Source of the DNA: Camelus dromedarius
Lineage: Eukaryota
NCBI RefSeq assembly: GCF_036321535.1
Contig: NC_087437.1
Span: 60,018,001 to 60,082,000 of the forward strand
Direction of reading: 5' to 3'
DNA length: 64,000 nucleotides
Shown here one piece after another: positions 1-14,680 of the stretch. A model generated the notes under the pieces. That model was given only the letters and a program-made list of their open reading frames with translations. It was not told the origin of the DNA and made no database searches. The position numbers and the translations under genes were made by a program. Numbering within the stretch: position 1 is the first letter of the stretch; every line of letters begins with the position of its first letter.

Positions 1-300
1 TATTCTATGATTCCACTTACGTGAGACTCTTGGAGTAGTCAAAACCATAGAGACAGAAAGTAAAATGGTAGTTTCCAGGGACTGAGGGGAGGAGGAAATG
101 GGGAGTTATTATTTAATGGGTACAGCATTTCATTTTTGGAAGATGAAAAGAATTCTGGAGATGGATAGTGATAACAGTTGCACAACAATATAAATGTATT
201 TAATACCACTGACATGAACACTTTAAAATGGTTAAGATAGTACATTTTATGCTACATGTGTTTTACCACCATAAAAAAATTGGAAGAAAATAAATTAAAA
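1..300 (+). mobile_element. Old L1 (L1MB-like) 3' UTR end
   Basis: ATGATTCCACTTAC...GTAGTCAAAACCATAGAGACAGAAAGT...GTTTTACCAC followed by an A-rich tail, typical of L1MB 3' ends. Confidence 0.75.
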
Positions 301-1389
301 GAATTTCTTCACATCAAAAGACATATACACTTTATTTAGCTTTTTCTTTGGTAATCTGTAATCTATAATCTGTTGCCTGTGACTGGCATATTCCTAGTAG
401 TAACCAATTCCAAATTTCTAGGCCACATCATTGAGAAATTTACAAATAATTAATGTAGTTATGTTGCATTAAAATTCGTAATGGATGCCAAAATTTGTTT
501 TAAAGCTGAGTCTTGTAAAGGATTACATCACATACCACAGAGACCTGATGACCAACCACTTAAAAATCTATAGTTGACTTAAAAATAAGGACTAGCATAC
601 TCAATTAAGGTAGCATAACTTGCTGCTCAGAATATGAAATTTGAAATTCTGAGTAGTAGTTAGTATTGAGCAGAGATTTAAGCCCTTTTGAGCTGTAAGA
701 AGTCACTGTAAAATCAATCTTGCAGACAGCAACAAATTAAGGCCATAAGAACTGTCTTTGAAATCAGCAGTTAACTTTTTTAAGCTTTGTATAGTAAATA
801 TAAGTAATTTTTTATTTATTCAAAAATATTCCTTCAGCATTTATTGGGTGCCAGACACTACACAAGGGACTTACGCTACAGCAGTAAACAAAACAATGCT
901 CTCATGGAATCTAAGTGGGATTAAGACAATAAAGACATTTAAATGGGATGAAGACAATTAGTAAAAATATATATATAAACAAATATGTACACATATTATC
1001 AGGCTTTTTTTTAAAAAAAAAGCAGAATAAGAGGATACAGAGTGATGGAAGGAGATTCAATTATAAATATTTAAGAAAAAATATTCAGGGCTGAAATAGG
1101 CTGAAATATACTGAGGAATGGAAAGAAACTGCTTCAGCAACATAAACAGTAAAGAAACAGCTGAATAAATATGATTTTTATTATATTCCATAGAGGGGAG
1201 TTTTACATATATTTAAATTTAGAACTTAAAGGGCTCAAACTTTGTTCTTTTTGTAGCTAGCTTTGGTTGGAATTTATTGATTTAAACTTTTATTGATTCT
1301 GCCTTATTTTATTTGGTGGGCTACACCACAGTCCAGATTTCTTAAGTTAGAACACTAATCAATTAATTAGAAAAATGCCTGCCATTTAT

Positions 1390-3075
1390 TTAAAAGTAAA
1401 TACTGAAGAGAATAAAAAGACAAACCATAGGCCAGAAGAAAATATTTGCAACATGCTTATCTGATAAAAGACTATTATTTAAAATATACAATGAACTCTT
1501 AAAACTCAATGAGTTAAACAATAACATACTACTGTATAGCACAAAGAACTATATTCAATAGTTTGTAACAACTTATAATAAAAAAGAGTATATATATATG
1601 TATATATAACTGAATCACTATACTGTACACCAGAAACTAACACAACATTGTAAATCAACTATACATCAATAAATAAAATAAAAATAAATAATAGGGGAAA
1701 CAGCATAAGAGAATGAAGGCAAGAGGGAGGGGAAGTGTATGAGAACTCTGCTTTCTGCTCAGATTTTCTGTACACCTAAAACTGCTCTAAAAATAAATGT
1801 ATTAATTCTTTTATTATTTAAAAAAAAACTCAACAATGAGCAAACAAACAACTTGATTAAAAACTGGGCCTAAGATCTGGACACCTCATTAAAGATAATA
1901 AACAGATGGCAAATAAACATATGAAAGATGCTCTGTATCATATATGATCAATAAAATGCAAATTAAAACAACAATGAGGGAGGAGGGACAAGATAGGGGT
2001 AAAGTATTAAGAGATACAAACTACTATGTCTAAAATAAATAAGCTACAAGGATATACTGGTACAGTATAAGGAATATAGCCAATATTTTATAATAACTAT
2101 AATCTTGAAAATTACAAATTTTTATGTTGTACACCTAAAACTTATATACTATTCTAAATTAACTATACCACAATTAATTAATTAATTTTTAAAAACAACA
2201 ACGAGATACCACTACACAGTATTAGAATGGCCAAACTCCAGAGTACTGACAGCACTAAATGCTGGTAAGAAGGCAGAACAATAGGAACTCTTCATTCTTT
2301 GCTCTTGGGAATGCAATCGGCACAACCACTCTGAAAGACAGTTCGAGGGTTTCTTATTAAACTAAACATACTCTTACATACATACCATACAACCCAGCAA
2401 TTGTGCTCCTTGGTATTTACCTAAATGAGTGGAAAATTTACGTCCACACAAAAACCTGCACAAAGATGTATATAGTCGCTTTATTCATAATTGCCAAAAC
2501 TTGGAAGCAACCAATATGTCCTTCAGTAGGTAAGTGTATCAATTAACCGTGGGACATCCAGATAATGTAATATTATTCAGTGCTAAAAAGGAATGAGCTA
2601 TCAAGCCATGAAAAGACATGGAAGAAACTTAAGTGCATATTACTAAGTGAAAGATGCCAAACTGAAAAGGCTACATGCTGCATGATTTAAACTATCTGAC
2701 ATTCTGGAAAAGGCAAAACTATGCCATGAAAAAGATCAATGGTTGACAGGCCTTAAGGGGAAGGGAGGGATGAATCAGCAGAGCACAGAGGATATTTAGG
2801 GCAGTAAACACTACAACGCATGACAAACATTTGTCAAAACCCATAGAATGTACAACACCAAGAGTGAACCCTAATGTAAACCACAGGTTTGGGGTGATAA
2901 TGATGTGCCAGTGTAGGTTTCTCACTAAGAACAAATGCACCACTCTGGTGCCTGATGTCAATGAGGGGGAGGTTTTAAGTGTAGGGGGGTCAGGGGACAT
3001 GGGAATTCTCTGTATTTTCTGCTCAAGTTTCCTGTGAACCTAAAACTGCTCTAAAAAATAAAGTCTATTAAAAAA
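1390..3075 (+). mobile_element. L1MC-like ORF2 end and 3' UTR, with nested younger L1 3' tails (~1515-1690, ~1980-2190)
   Basis: Decayed ORF2 C-terminal motifs (GAAAATATTTGCAA...TCTGATAAA, CCAGCAATTGTGCTCCTTGGTATTTACC) and an L1MC tail, GAACCTAAAACTGCTCTAAAAAATAAAGTCTATT. Confidence 0.8.
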
Positions 3076-3289
3076 TACATCAGCATATGTAATTTTACAG
3101 TATTTTCAAATGTATGATCATTCAATACCATTTATTTCATACATTTCTACATATAAAAGATAAACATAACTTTCTTTTAACAATAAGATATGTTTATATA
3201 TTCAAAATAAAGGTATTTTATGAGGCAATAAATTTAAAGTCTCAAGTCACAGAAGTTAAAGTTTTAGGGTAAGGAAAACAAAAAGTGAA

Positions 3290-3525
3290 GAGAGGTTGGG
3301 AAGGCATAAATTGGGAGTTCAAGATTTGCAAATATTATCTACTATATATAAAATAGATAACAAGTTTCTTCTGTATACCACAGGAAACTGTTCAATATCT
3401 TGTAGTAACCTATAATGAAAAAGAATACGAAAACGAATATATGTATGTATATGTATGACTGCAACATTATGCTGTACAACAGAAACTGACACATTGTAAA
3501 CTGATTATACTTCAATTAAAAAAAT
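3290..3525 (+). mobile_element. Lineage-specific L1 3' tail (5'-truncated)
   Basis: AAATTGGGAGTTCAAGATTTGCA...GTAAACTGATTATACTTCAATT plus A-tail, with the direct repeat AAGTGAAGAGA on both sides. The same family recurs several times in the window. Confidence 0.8.
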
Positions 3526-5133
3526 AAGTGAAGAGAAACCACAGATTAGGAGGAGAGATTTTCACTAACAGATTAGTACATCTCTTCAAAAATTCCACAA
3601 ATCTGAAAGAAAAGGACAAACAGGCCAATAGAAAGTAGGGAGAAAGTATGAATTGGTAACTTGCAGAAGAGGAATCATGAGTGGACAGTTAACATGAAAA
3701 GATATGCAGTCTCATGAGCAATTAAGAAACAAATTTAAAATCACAAGATACCATTTCAAACCCATCATATTAGCAAAATTTTTTAAGTCCAACAAAACCT
3801 AACATAGGAAAGGATATGAAATATACAGTCCCATAGATAGCTAGTGGGAGTGTATATACTGATATAATTCCTTTGTAAAACAATCTGTCAACATCTGGTA
3901 AAGTTGAAGATGCATATACCCTTCCACCTGGTTGTTCCACTCCCTAGCTCTCACATATGAACAGAGGCATGCACAGGAATTTCATAGTAACACTAACTAC
4001 AAACAAAGGAGCACTGAGAAAAATAGGGAACAAGTGTCTAGCCACAGAAGAGACAAATACAATGAACTTTTTTCTTACAGTGGATTTCAAAACACCATGA
4101 AAACTGTGAAAAATAAATTAAGAGAGTAAGTATCAGTTACATTGAATCTCACCAATTATAGTGTAGGAAGTGAAAATATGACCAACAGAACACTTTCAGA
4201 TAAACTGTTATTTGGCAGGCAATTCCTTGAACATAAACTTGACGCATCTATCTGTCATAAAATATAAAAGGAAATAAATGTTTATGGCAGCACTATTTAC
4301 AGTAGCCAAGACATTGAAGAAACCTAAATGTTCATTTACAAATAAGTGGATAAAGAAATTGTGGTGTATTCACACACACACGGCTATTCAAAATACTGAG
4401 ACATTATTGAACACGGAGATACTTGCAATAGACTATTAAGTGAAAAAATCCGCAGGTAAATTTCTAAAAGTGGAATTGCTGAAACAAATTTTTTTTTATG
4501 AGTATAAATATTTTAAAAGAACTTTTTGTTACACAGTGATACGCAACCTTCCACAAAGACTGACTGACACTTCCACTAACTGTATGAGAGTATATCCATC
4601 TTCTTTATACTCTAGGCTGTTAATCACGTCAACTAAACGATTCTAAATAATGGCATCTTAATGTGGATTTATTCCCATTTATTTAATACAAAAGGTGAAG
4701 AACTTTTAGGTTTACTAGCCATCCACCTTTTTTCTTTTTCCATTGCCTGTTTATATTAGCGTATTTTCTACTGAGGCAGGTTTGCAATTTAAAAAAATTT
4801 TTAACAGCTTTACTGGGCTATAATTCAAATACCATATTCACTTAAAGTATATAATTCAACCTTTTTTAGCATATTCACAGAGTTGTGCACCCATCACCAC
4901 AATCGAATTTTAGAATATTTTCATCACCCCAAAAGGAAATCCCATCCCATTAGCAGTCACTTCCCATTCCTGCCTTCCCTGCTTACAGGCCTAGGTAACC
5001 ACTAATCTACCTTTAGTCTCCATAAAGTGGCCTACTCTGGACACTTTATATAAATGGAACTGCAAAAAATTTTTGTCCTAGTACATTACTTTGGATTTAT
5101 TTAAATGGTCTTTGATGAGAGGATGAGAAGGAA

Positions 5134-5440
5134 TTGTTACATTAGAGTCCATTTTTACCATCTGAGCTAGGTGTTGTTTTGACTTTTAGAATGATACAGC
5201 ATTTTCCCAACCAAACACATTCTTGAGTCTAGTTACACACATTTGTATCAGCTCTTACCTAAATAGAATACAGATGAGCAAAGGAAGTCCTATAAACCAG
5301 TAGAAATATATTCAACTCAGGAACAGCCAGATAGAAGAGATGCACAGGGCAAGGTATGTAGGAAGGGGCACGGAGATTCCATGCTCTCTGAGAGTGCTAC
5401 TCTCCCCCAAATCTCCACATGTTCACCAATCCAGTAGCTC
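5134..5440 (+). mobile_element. MER21-like LTR fragment
   Basis: AACTCAGGAACAGCCAGATAGAAGAGATGCACAGGGCAAGGTATG...CTCCACATGTTCACCAATCCAG is characteristic of MER21. Confidence 0.65.
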
Positions 5441-6579
5441 CTGTAAGACGTTTCTAAAACTTTCTAAATATACAGATTTGAAATTTCTTTCACATATTCC
5501 AAATATTTTCCCATCTTCTATCAATGGAAGAGAAGTTAATATTTTTATATAGCCAAATCTATTTTAAGGCTCTTGTCTTTGGTATCATGCTTAGAAAACT
5601 GTCCTGATCCCAAGTTAATATGCATGTCCTGTATATTTCCCATTAGTACATTCACAGCTTCAATTTTAACATCCAAATCATTACTCCACCAAAATTTATT
5701 GTGGAGATGTATCACACCTTGTTTTTGCCAAGTAGTGAGCTAATTGCCCTTCCTTATTTCTCCATTGATTTGAAGTATCACCTTAATCATACTCTAAACT
5801 CATATATAGTTGAGTCTGTCTCAGAACTTTTTAAAATTCTCTTCCTTTCATCTGTCAGTTCTGGGCTCAATATAACACTATTTTAATCTCAGTACTCAAA
5901 GAATACAATTTAAAATCTGATGGGGACATTGTTGCTCCTATTTTCCAAAATTTTCTTGGCTAGTCTTACATATTTGTTCTTGCATTTAAATTTATTTAAA
6001 TTTAGAAAATTATTTTATAAATTAATTTAGGAAAAATTTATACTTTTAAAATGTTGAGTCTTCAAGCAACAAATACGATTCCTTAGTCACCTTTTCCCTT
6101 TTTGTCATCATGCTTTTAGTTGTTGTATAATTATATATAAGTCCCACAAATTTCATGTTAACTTCATTTCCATTCATTTTATATATCTTTTCATTAACTT
6201 AATTGAGATTCCCCCAAACATGTTTTTATTTCTATCTGCTTAACTGGTACACAGGGAAGCTACTAACTTCATTTAATGTATAAATATGTTCAAAGTCCTT
6301 TTTGAGTTATTTTATTAATTTTCATTGTATCTGCCTCATAATTAATCATATCTAAACAGTATAAGCTGAAAAAGGACTACAGGAATACAATAAGAAAATA
6401 GATGAGATTCACAGTAACATTTACATATGATTCCAGAGATTATTTTGTAAAGTTTATTACCCATCCATTCTTTTAAGGGGAGCAGCAGGCATTGTTTTGT
6501 AGGTTACTTTTTAAAGGGGGTATTTTGAGGGTGTTAAAAACAGGATAAATTTATTTTAAATTCAAAAAAAGAAAGAAAA

Positions 6580-6696
6580 TGGATTAGCAGATACAAACTA
6601 CTACATATAAAATAAACAACAATGTCTGACTATACAGTACAGGGAACTGTATTCAATATCCTGTAATAAACCATAATGGAAAAGAATATGAAAAGA

Positions 6697-6734
<38 letters not shown>

Positions 6735-6810
6735 ATAACTGAATCACTTTGCTGTATACTAGAAACTAATGCAACACCGTAAATCAATTATACTTTAATA
6801 AAAAAAAAAA
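6580..6810 (+). mobile_element. Lineage-specific L1 3' tail containing an (AC)17 microsatellite
   Basis: GGATTAGCAGATACAAACTACTA...ACAGGGAACT...TATACTTTAATAAAAAAA; AC repeat at 6699-6732. Confidence 0.8.
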
Positions 6811-9061
6811 TTTAATGTCTGCAGCACAGTTGCTGCTCCAACATTCGCATTTGAAAGAAAATAATTTATAAACCTGTGTATGAAAGATAATTTCCTCTGA
6901 CCTGCCTCCTTACTCAGGACCGGTCAATATCCTCTTTGTGTACCCCAAACCTCAAAGGCATAGAGAATTTTAAGAAGTTCTAAGCTGAGCTGTTTTACTC
7001 AAGAAGGTATAATAATCTAGAGGGGCTAATAACATGCAAAAAACAAAAATCATAATGAAACAAATCTCTATTTAGCTTCTCACTGAAATCTTGTCTTTAC
7101 ATTCTTTGTTTTTTGTGAAACTGCTGAGTGTCGACAACGTATCTTAGAGTTAAGTGAGCAAAGTTACAGTAACTGACTCAAAAGCAAACACTCAAGATGC
7201 TGCACTGAAGTGAAAAGGATTCCTAATAAAGGAGTGTAGAGCACAGGTCAAGTCCTTGGGACACTACCCATGAAAGAAAGCAGGAATTCTTTCTCTCTCA
7301 TCCACCTAACTACTATATTTGGCAAAAAAAAAAAAAAAAAAAGCGGGGTGTGGATAGACTCACCCCTGACTATATTCAACAAGCTAAATTTCTCAAGGAA
7401 GACCAAAGACATTTCCAAACAAACAGCAGAAAGAATTAAACAGCCCTGAACTTGGGAAAAGAGGACCACGGATGCAAGTAAAAGTAAAGGAACCCTGTTC
7501 TACTCATAATCTACCTGACATAACTTTCAATCAAACATACAAAATTTCTTGTACCCAGGCAACAGAATGAAGCTAGAATAAACTGTGTTCTAATCCTCAC
7601 TGTCATTAATTTGCTATGTTATAGTGGCCAATCACTTCAAATCTAATTTATTCATTATCTGTAAAACTCCATACAACATCATTTACCCTACTTCACCCAA
7701 AGGAGATTGAGAATCCTAAAATTTCTGAATCAAGTGATATCAAAGATAACCCATTTTAATTGTTGCATTTCAAAAATAGAAAAAACCAACCAGTTCCACT
7801 AAAGTACTTGATAGGAATTAAATACAAAAGGATAAAACACTAAGCAAATATAAAGAATAATTATTACAAAGAAATATCTACAGAAATTTAGAGAAGATGA
7901 AAGTCAGTGAGGGAATGATGAGACGACTGTTTCTGCAAAGAGACCTGGCCAGGTTTTTAAAAAAAAAAAAAAAAGAGAGAGAGAGAAAAAGCAGTAAGAG
8001 CATGTTTATTTCTTTCCCTGAAGTTTACAAACATTAATAGAAAGAAAAAACAATTACTACAGGAAACTTCATTCATAATGAAACCAGGGAATGGCTACAA
8101 TTCCATACCACAGATAAAAATATATGTCCAATATCATGAAATAAGGGCAAAATGAAAAGTGGAGAGCCCACAATTTCACTAATCCTAAGCAAAATACAGG
8201 TTTCTTAATTAAAGCAGAGTAGAAAAGTCCTATTAACAGGATATAACATGATACCCAAATAAACCTCTCAGTCTTAGTTGAGGCTCCAAGGTATTATCTG
8301 ACAACTACTTCCACTATCCAAAATGAAATGCTAGATAGACCACATGGACAAGATCTGAAAAGGAAGTAGCCAAAAAAAGAAAAAAGAAAAGGCAGTTTTA
8401 CAATACTTAGCTGATCACCCACCTCCAACTATTTTTATAAAAGGTGGAGGTGGGAGCATCTGGAGAGATCTAAAGAAGAGATGGAAATTGGGGAGAAGAG
8501 ATTTCTTTAGAGTGAGTTGTCAATAACACTCTAAAATCAAAGAGGGATAGACTGATGCTTTACCCTCACCTCTAGCCTAGTAAGGGGGGCTTCAAGGATA
8601 TCACATGAAAACTTGGTGTCTGTCTTTGGGAGCTTAGGAACTCTGTGGACTGGTTTTATCTGACTTCTACCTGAGAAATCTAAAGACTAGCATTTGATTA
8701 GAGTGATCCATGGCTGCAGAACAGAAGACTACAATTAAAAGTAGCTGCACTGTCACTGATAATAGGCCAAGCTAAGTGTTTCCCATGTAAAAAATGTGAA
8801 CCACTTGAGAGTTCTCTTGGGCTTCTTTTATATCCTAGAATGAGGAAACTTCTGCAGAGGCTGAACTGTCCATTGGATGCCAATGGAAAGAAGTACTGTA
8901 AACATCCAGCCCAATAAGAAACACTGATCTGTGACAACAGAATAGCAGTTAGAGATCCACATTGACAGATTAGGAAGTAATGGTAATAGCATTCTCTAGG
9001 GTGTTTTTTTTTTTTTACCAGATTTATTGAGATATTACTGAGAGTGTACATTTTTTAAAGA

Positions 9062-9270
9062 ATTTTTTTATTGAACTACAGTCAGTTACAACATGTTAAT
9101 TTCTAGTGTACAGCACAATGTCCTAGTCGTGCATATATATACATTTTTTTGTTTTCATATTCCTTTTCATTAAAGGTTATTACAAAATATTGACTACAGT
9201 TTCCTATACGGAAGAAATTTGGGTTTTTTATCTCTTTTATATGTGTGACTAAATTTGCAAATCTCAAACT
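9062..9270 (-). mobile_element. Lineage-specific L1 3' tail inserted into an older minus-strand L1MB-like element (~9000-10430)
   Basis: Reverse complement of the L1 tail family seen at 3290 and 19745, with the flanking repeat TACAT(TT/A)TTTAAAG. Confidence 0.75.
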
Positions 9271-9765
9271 GACAGTATACATATTTAAAGTGTACAATTT
9301 GATCAGTGTATACACACACACACACGTCCATAAAGCCATCACCACAATCAAGATAATAAACACATCTATCACCGCCAAAATTTCCTCGTGCCTCTTTGTA
9401 TTTCTGCCTCCTGCCCCTCCCCTCCCCAGGCACTTTCTGTTGCTATAGATTAATTTAAATTTCTAAGAATTTTATATAAATGTATTAACATAATATGGAC
9501 TCTTTGATCTGGGTTCTTTTACTCAGCTTGTATATTTTGCGATTCATTTATGTTATAACATGCATCAATAGTTTATTCCTTTTTGCTAGCAGTATTCTGT
9601 TTTAAGGATATTCCAGCTTGTTTATCCACTCATATGTTGATGGACAGTTGGGTTGTTTCCAGTTTTCAGCTGTTACAAATAAAGCTGCTATAAATATTAA
9701 TATACTTTTTAAGAAATTGCCAAACTGTTTTTCAAGGTGGTTTTGCCATTTTACATATCCACTAG

Positions 9766-10262
9766 TGTAACAGAGAAGAATAAATCTGACTCCATATTGG
9801 ATCTATTTCTTTTACTTTAATCTCTGTATTCTATTGCTTTTGCTACAAGTTAAGAATGTTGCCTCTAAGCCTGAAATATACAGGACAGCCCATTCCCAAG
9901 CCTCTGATCCTTAAATGTATAACACTTTTTGATTCATATAGAAATAAAAAGTTGCAGTCCAGAGAATAATATTGGTCTTGTTGGAGGCTTATAGAAACAC
10001 TCTAACCAATCTACCTGGACAGCTGCAAGAACAAAGGATTCTGGCACTAAGATGTCTGCAACAACCAACCACATCCCTTCCCCTTTCAGGATAAAAGCCT
10101 GAATCCTAACTCGGGTAAGATGGCTTTTCTGGGACATTAGACCACCATCTTCTTGATCCGCTAGTTTTTTTTTAATAAAGCCGCTATTCCTTGACCCAGC
10201 AAGTCATCTCTCCACTTATTGGCCTGTCATGCGACAAGCAGTATGTGCTTGGATTTGGTGAG
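9766..10262 (+). mobile_element. Solo ERV LTR (ERV1, MER41-like), ~0.5 kb
   Basis: Starts TGTAACAGAG...GACTCCATATTGG, has a TATA-like GATAAAAG near 10090 and AATAAA at 10174-10179, and interrupts an L1 sequence that resumes on the other side. Confidence 0.65.
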
Positions 10263-11499
10263 TATGAGAATTCTACTTGCCCCACATACCCGCCAGTACA
10301 TGGTATGACTGGTCAATTTCATTTTAGCCATTATATTAGATGTGTAGTGGTATATCAGTGGGGTATTAATAATCTGCATTTCCCTAATGACTAAAGAAGT
10401 TGAGCAACTTTTCATATGCTTATTTGCTACCTTACATCTTTACCTAGTCTTGAGAGTGAAGGAAGGCTTCTGGGAGGCAGAAATGTTGACACTGAGACAG
10501 AAAGGATGAACAGGATTAAGCCAGGAAAAGGGACTGGAGAAAGCCTTCCAGGAAAAGAGAACGAACAGCCTGTTCAAAGCCTGAAAGAGGTAGGAGGGTA
10601 TGACCTGCCTGATGAGCTAAAAGTAACATCTTCTGAGAAAACCAGAAATCCACTCTATATAAAAATCTCCAAATTTTTTAATATTGGCACTTTTAATCAA
10701 TGTTAATTTTTAACATTATGCAGGCCAACACATTGCATGGCCAGCAAAATATATGTTTATGGGCCAAATAAGACCATGTTAACAGTTTGTAACCTCTGAT
10801 AAAGCAGAACTAAGTGAGATTATTTATATAGTAGATCCAATAGACATATAGCTATCAACTAAGATTTATACTCCACAGAGTATAACCTTCTATTTAAACA
10901 TTCATGGACCACTTTAAAAAACTGATTAAATAAGCCACAAAGAAAATTCACCAGTTTCATAAAGTGGAAATACAACTAATCACATTCATTAACCTCTATG
11001 TAATGAAAACTGAAATAGCAAAAGTAAACCAAAAAAATCCCAGTCTTAGGAATTTTTAAATTTTCTCCTAAACAGTGTTGAGTTGAAGAGAAAATCAAAA
11101 CCATACAGTAACAATATACGATAAATAATGATAAAAACATTTCACATCAAAATTTGAAAAGCTAAGCTCAAAGAAAAACTTACACTCTTGAAGATTTTAT
11201 ACTGAATATTAGACAAAATATAAATGAATTCAAAAAGTCAGATTTACTTTATTTTCTAAGAAAGGTAGAAAATAGAATTAGGAAGTCTAAGGTAGGTATT
11301 GATAAAAAAAAAAGAACTGATCAACTCAAGAACTAATTTAGGGAGGTAGATAAAAAGTAAATATTATGGGATACCATACTAACAAGGTTAAAAAAGAAAG
11401 CATCAATTTAAAAAATTAAGAATGAAAAAGACAAGAAATCCATAATGTTTTGTATGACCCTATGCTAGACAAACCTGAAAGCCTAAGTGGAACACACAG

Positions 11500-11924
11500 T
11501 GTATTAGCTTCCTAGGGTTCCCATAATAAACTACCAAAAAATGGGTAACTTAAACAATAGATTTATTCTCTCACAACTCTAGAGTCTGAAATTAAGGCAC
11601 TGACAGGGCCACGCTGCCTCCAAACACTTCCTTGACTCTTTCTAGATTCTGGTAGTAGTCATCGATTCTTGGCTTACAGTAGTATCACCCCAATCTCTGC
11701 CTTGGTCATTATATGGCTATCTTCTCCCTGTGTGTCTGTCTTCACATTACCTTCTGCCTTCTTATAAGGACAACAGTTATAGTGAATTAAGAGTCCACCC
11801 TACTCCAGCATGACCTCATCTTAATTACATCTGCTATGATCCTATTTCCAAATAAAGTCACATTCTGGGATACTGGAGTTAGGACTCAACATATCTTCCG
11901 GAGGGACACAATTCAACCCATAAC
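11500..11924 (-). mobile_element. MaLR LTR (MLT1C-like)
   Basis: TGTATTAGCTTCCTAGGG...ATTTATTCTCTCACA...GACCTCATCTTAATTACATCTGC...ACACAATTCAACCCATAACA. Confidence 0.8.
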
Positions 11925-12104
11925 AGATACCTTTGAGTAAGACAAATTGCCAAGGAGAGACAGTCAGAAAGGTTCCATCTAGGTGAATTATATAACAAGT
12001 TCAAAATCAAATAATTTGAAGATTGAATTATACCAGAGCATAAAGAAAAAAGTGGGTATTTCTTGGGGGTTTTTTTATTAAAAAAAAAAATCAATATAAC
12101 ACTA

Positions 12105-12717
12105 CAGTAATCCCCCTTATCCATGAGTTCACTTTCCAGAGTTTCAGTCACCCACAGTCAACCACAGTCTGAAGATATTAAATGGAAAGTTCCACAGATA
12201 AACAATTCTGTGGAACTTATAAATCTTATAAACAATAAATCTTAAACTGCATGCCATTCTGAGTAGCGTGATGAAATCTTGGCGCCATCTTGCTCTGACC
12301 GGCCCTGAATCTCCAAAGATTGATGTCGTCTTAGCTCGGTGACCCAGGATCACCTGAAACAGATGATCCTCTTCTGGCATATGATCAGAACACCACAGTA
12401 GCTTAACACTTTGTCACAACACCAATGTTATCCATCTCAAGTTATCTCATCGCATAGGCATTTTATAAACTCACATCATCACAAGAAGGGTGAGTACATT
12501 ACAACTAGATATTTTGAGAGAGCACATTCACATAACTTTTATTACAGTATATTGTTATAAACTGTTGTTTATCACTTACTGTGCCTAACTTCAAACTTTA
12601 TCACAGTTATGTATGTATAGGGAAAAATGGAAAATATACCGTTTAGTACTATCCTCAGTTTCATGCATCCACTGGGGGTCTTGTAACATATTGCTCACTG
12701 ATTAGGGGAGACTACTG
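12105..12717. mobile_element. MER44-like TcMar-Tigger non-autonomous DNA transposon
   Basis: Terminal inverted repeats CAGTAATCCCCCTTATC / GATTAGGGGAGACTACTG with a TA target duplication on both sides. Confidence 0.85.
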
Positions 12718-12930
12718 TATTACCAAAATATAAATCAGAACAACAGCTCATTATAGCTTCTGAATATTAATGCAAAATCATAAATAAAATATTAATAAAA
12801 TCCAGCTGTATTTTTAAAGATTATGACCAAATGAAATTCATAGGACTGTAATAATATTTAAATATTAGGAAATCCATTAATTTAACTTACTATGTTAAAA
12901 AGTCAAAGAAGAAAAGCAACATGATTATCT

Positions 12931-13253
12931 CTGCTAAAGACTGAATGATGGTATTCCCCTAAAATTTATACGTTGAAACACTAATCTCCAAAGTGTTGGT
13001 ATTTGGAGGAAGGGTCTTTGGGAAGTAACGAGAATTAGATTACCGTGATGATGGGATTAGTGCCCTTATAAGGAGATGAAGAGACCAGAGCCCTCTCTGC
13101 ACAGATACCAGGAAGAAGGCCTTCATCAAGAATTCAACCGCGCTAAACACTCTGGTCGTGGACTTACAACCTCCACTGTGAGAAATAAAGGTTTGATATC
13201 CAGAACACCCAGTCTATGGTAATCTCATATGGCAGTACAAACTGACTAAGACA
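12931..13253 (+). mobile_element. MaLR LTR (MLT1A-like)
   Basis: GACTGAATG...GTTGAAACACTAATCTCCA...ATGGGATTAGTGCCCTTATAAG...ACTGTGAGAAATAAA...GACTAAGACA. Confidence 0.75.
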
Positions 13254-14492
13254 GTCTCAGATGATAAAAAGGCATTTGACAAAATCAAACATCCATTCCT
13301 GATTTATAACCCTATTTATTTAAAAATAGTTACTTCTTTAAGATGATACACACACAGAAAAGCACTAATATTTGCTTGGATTTGTCCTCCCTCATTTTTC
13401 TTCCTTTATTTGAGCAAAATTTAGCAATAACTTCTAAAATTTTAAGCGTATATCCCCTTTTACACAAATTATTATGATCCTTTTAGGTATTAATGCTACA
13501 GATATAATAAGGCAAATATACCAGGAGGATAGACAAAAGCTCATAGAAGAAAGAAACTAAAAATGAAAAACCCGTAAGGGGACTGGTTATTCAAATTACC
13601 ATTCAATAGTTAGTACACAGCTGCTTAAAGAATATGCCTCCATTTAAAGAGTAAGGCAGACCTCTTAAGTCCTGACAAAGAAATATGAATATTAAGTGAA
13701 AAAAGCAAAGTGAAGCAGACTGAATATGATCTGATCCCATTCATGCAAGAAAAATGCATGTGTTAGCATAAATAGAGCAAAAGGTCTGAAAGCATACACA
13801 CTATGCTTTGAACTTACTTTAAATATTTGTATTATTTTTTCAATTCATATAAATAGCCTTTTTAACTTGTACAAGAAAAAATAAAGCTTCATATTTTTTA
13901 AAGACAGAATAAAGAAAAGGGCACTGCATAAAAAAGTCTAAAGTGGTCAGTCACTATAGCATTGTTTAGGTGTCAACAAAAGAAAAAAATTAGAGTAGAA
14001 GACACACAAGAGGATGTAAATTAGAAGGCCTTAGCAAAGTTGACCTCAAAGGCAGTGTGAAGACACTGAGCATTTTTGTGTATAAAAGTAAAAACAATGA
14101 ATTTGGAATCTCAGGAAGATGACTGTTAACACAATACAATAATAATAGGTAGTGTTGGGTTGGGCAGGGAACAGATTATCTAGGGAAGAACTGTAATACA
14201 GCCATCTACAGTGGGGAGTTACTGAGATCAGTCTGAGGTGTGACAAAATAACTGTTACTAATAAATAGGATACAAGTGTTGCCAAAAACCCTTTAATGGC
14301 TATCCCTTGCAAACCTGGATGCTTTTCTTGTTCTAGAGAACAAGTAAACAAGAGTAAGGAACGGAGTTATATACAGATAACCAGTGGGAAACTGTGCCTT
14401 GTCTATAACCATGAGGTTGAAAAGACAAGAAGACTGAAAACCACTGTGCTTTATTATCTGTTTACATATATTAAAGAATTCTGACACACTTA

Positions 14493-14680
14493 GAGTGGTA
14501 GTCCTTCAATAAAGTTTCACATCAGAATCACCTAAAAAGCATTTTCAAAGTGTATATGCCTATGTCCTATTCTCCCTCAAAGTTCTGATTCAATAGGCCT
14601 AAAGCAGAGTCCAAACAAAGGTATTTTGCATAAAGCTCCCCAGGTGATTCTGATATGCACTTCCAGTTAAAAACTGCTTA
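14493..14680. mobile_element. MER5A-like hAT-Charlie MITE
   Basis: CATCAGAATCACCT...TTCTGATTCAATAGG...CTCCCCAGGTGATTCTGATATGCA internal palindromic signature. Confidence 0.7.
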
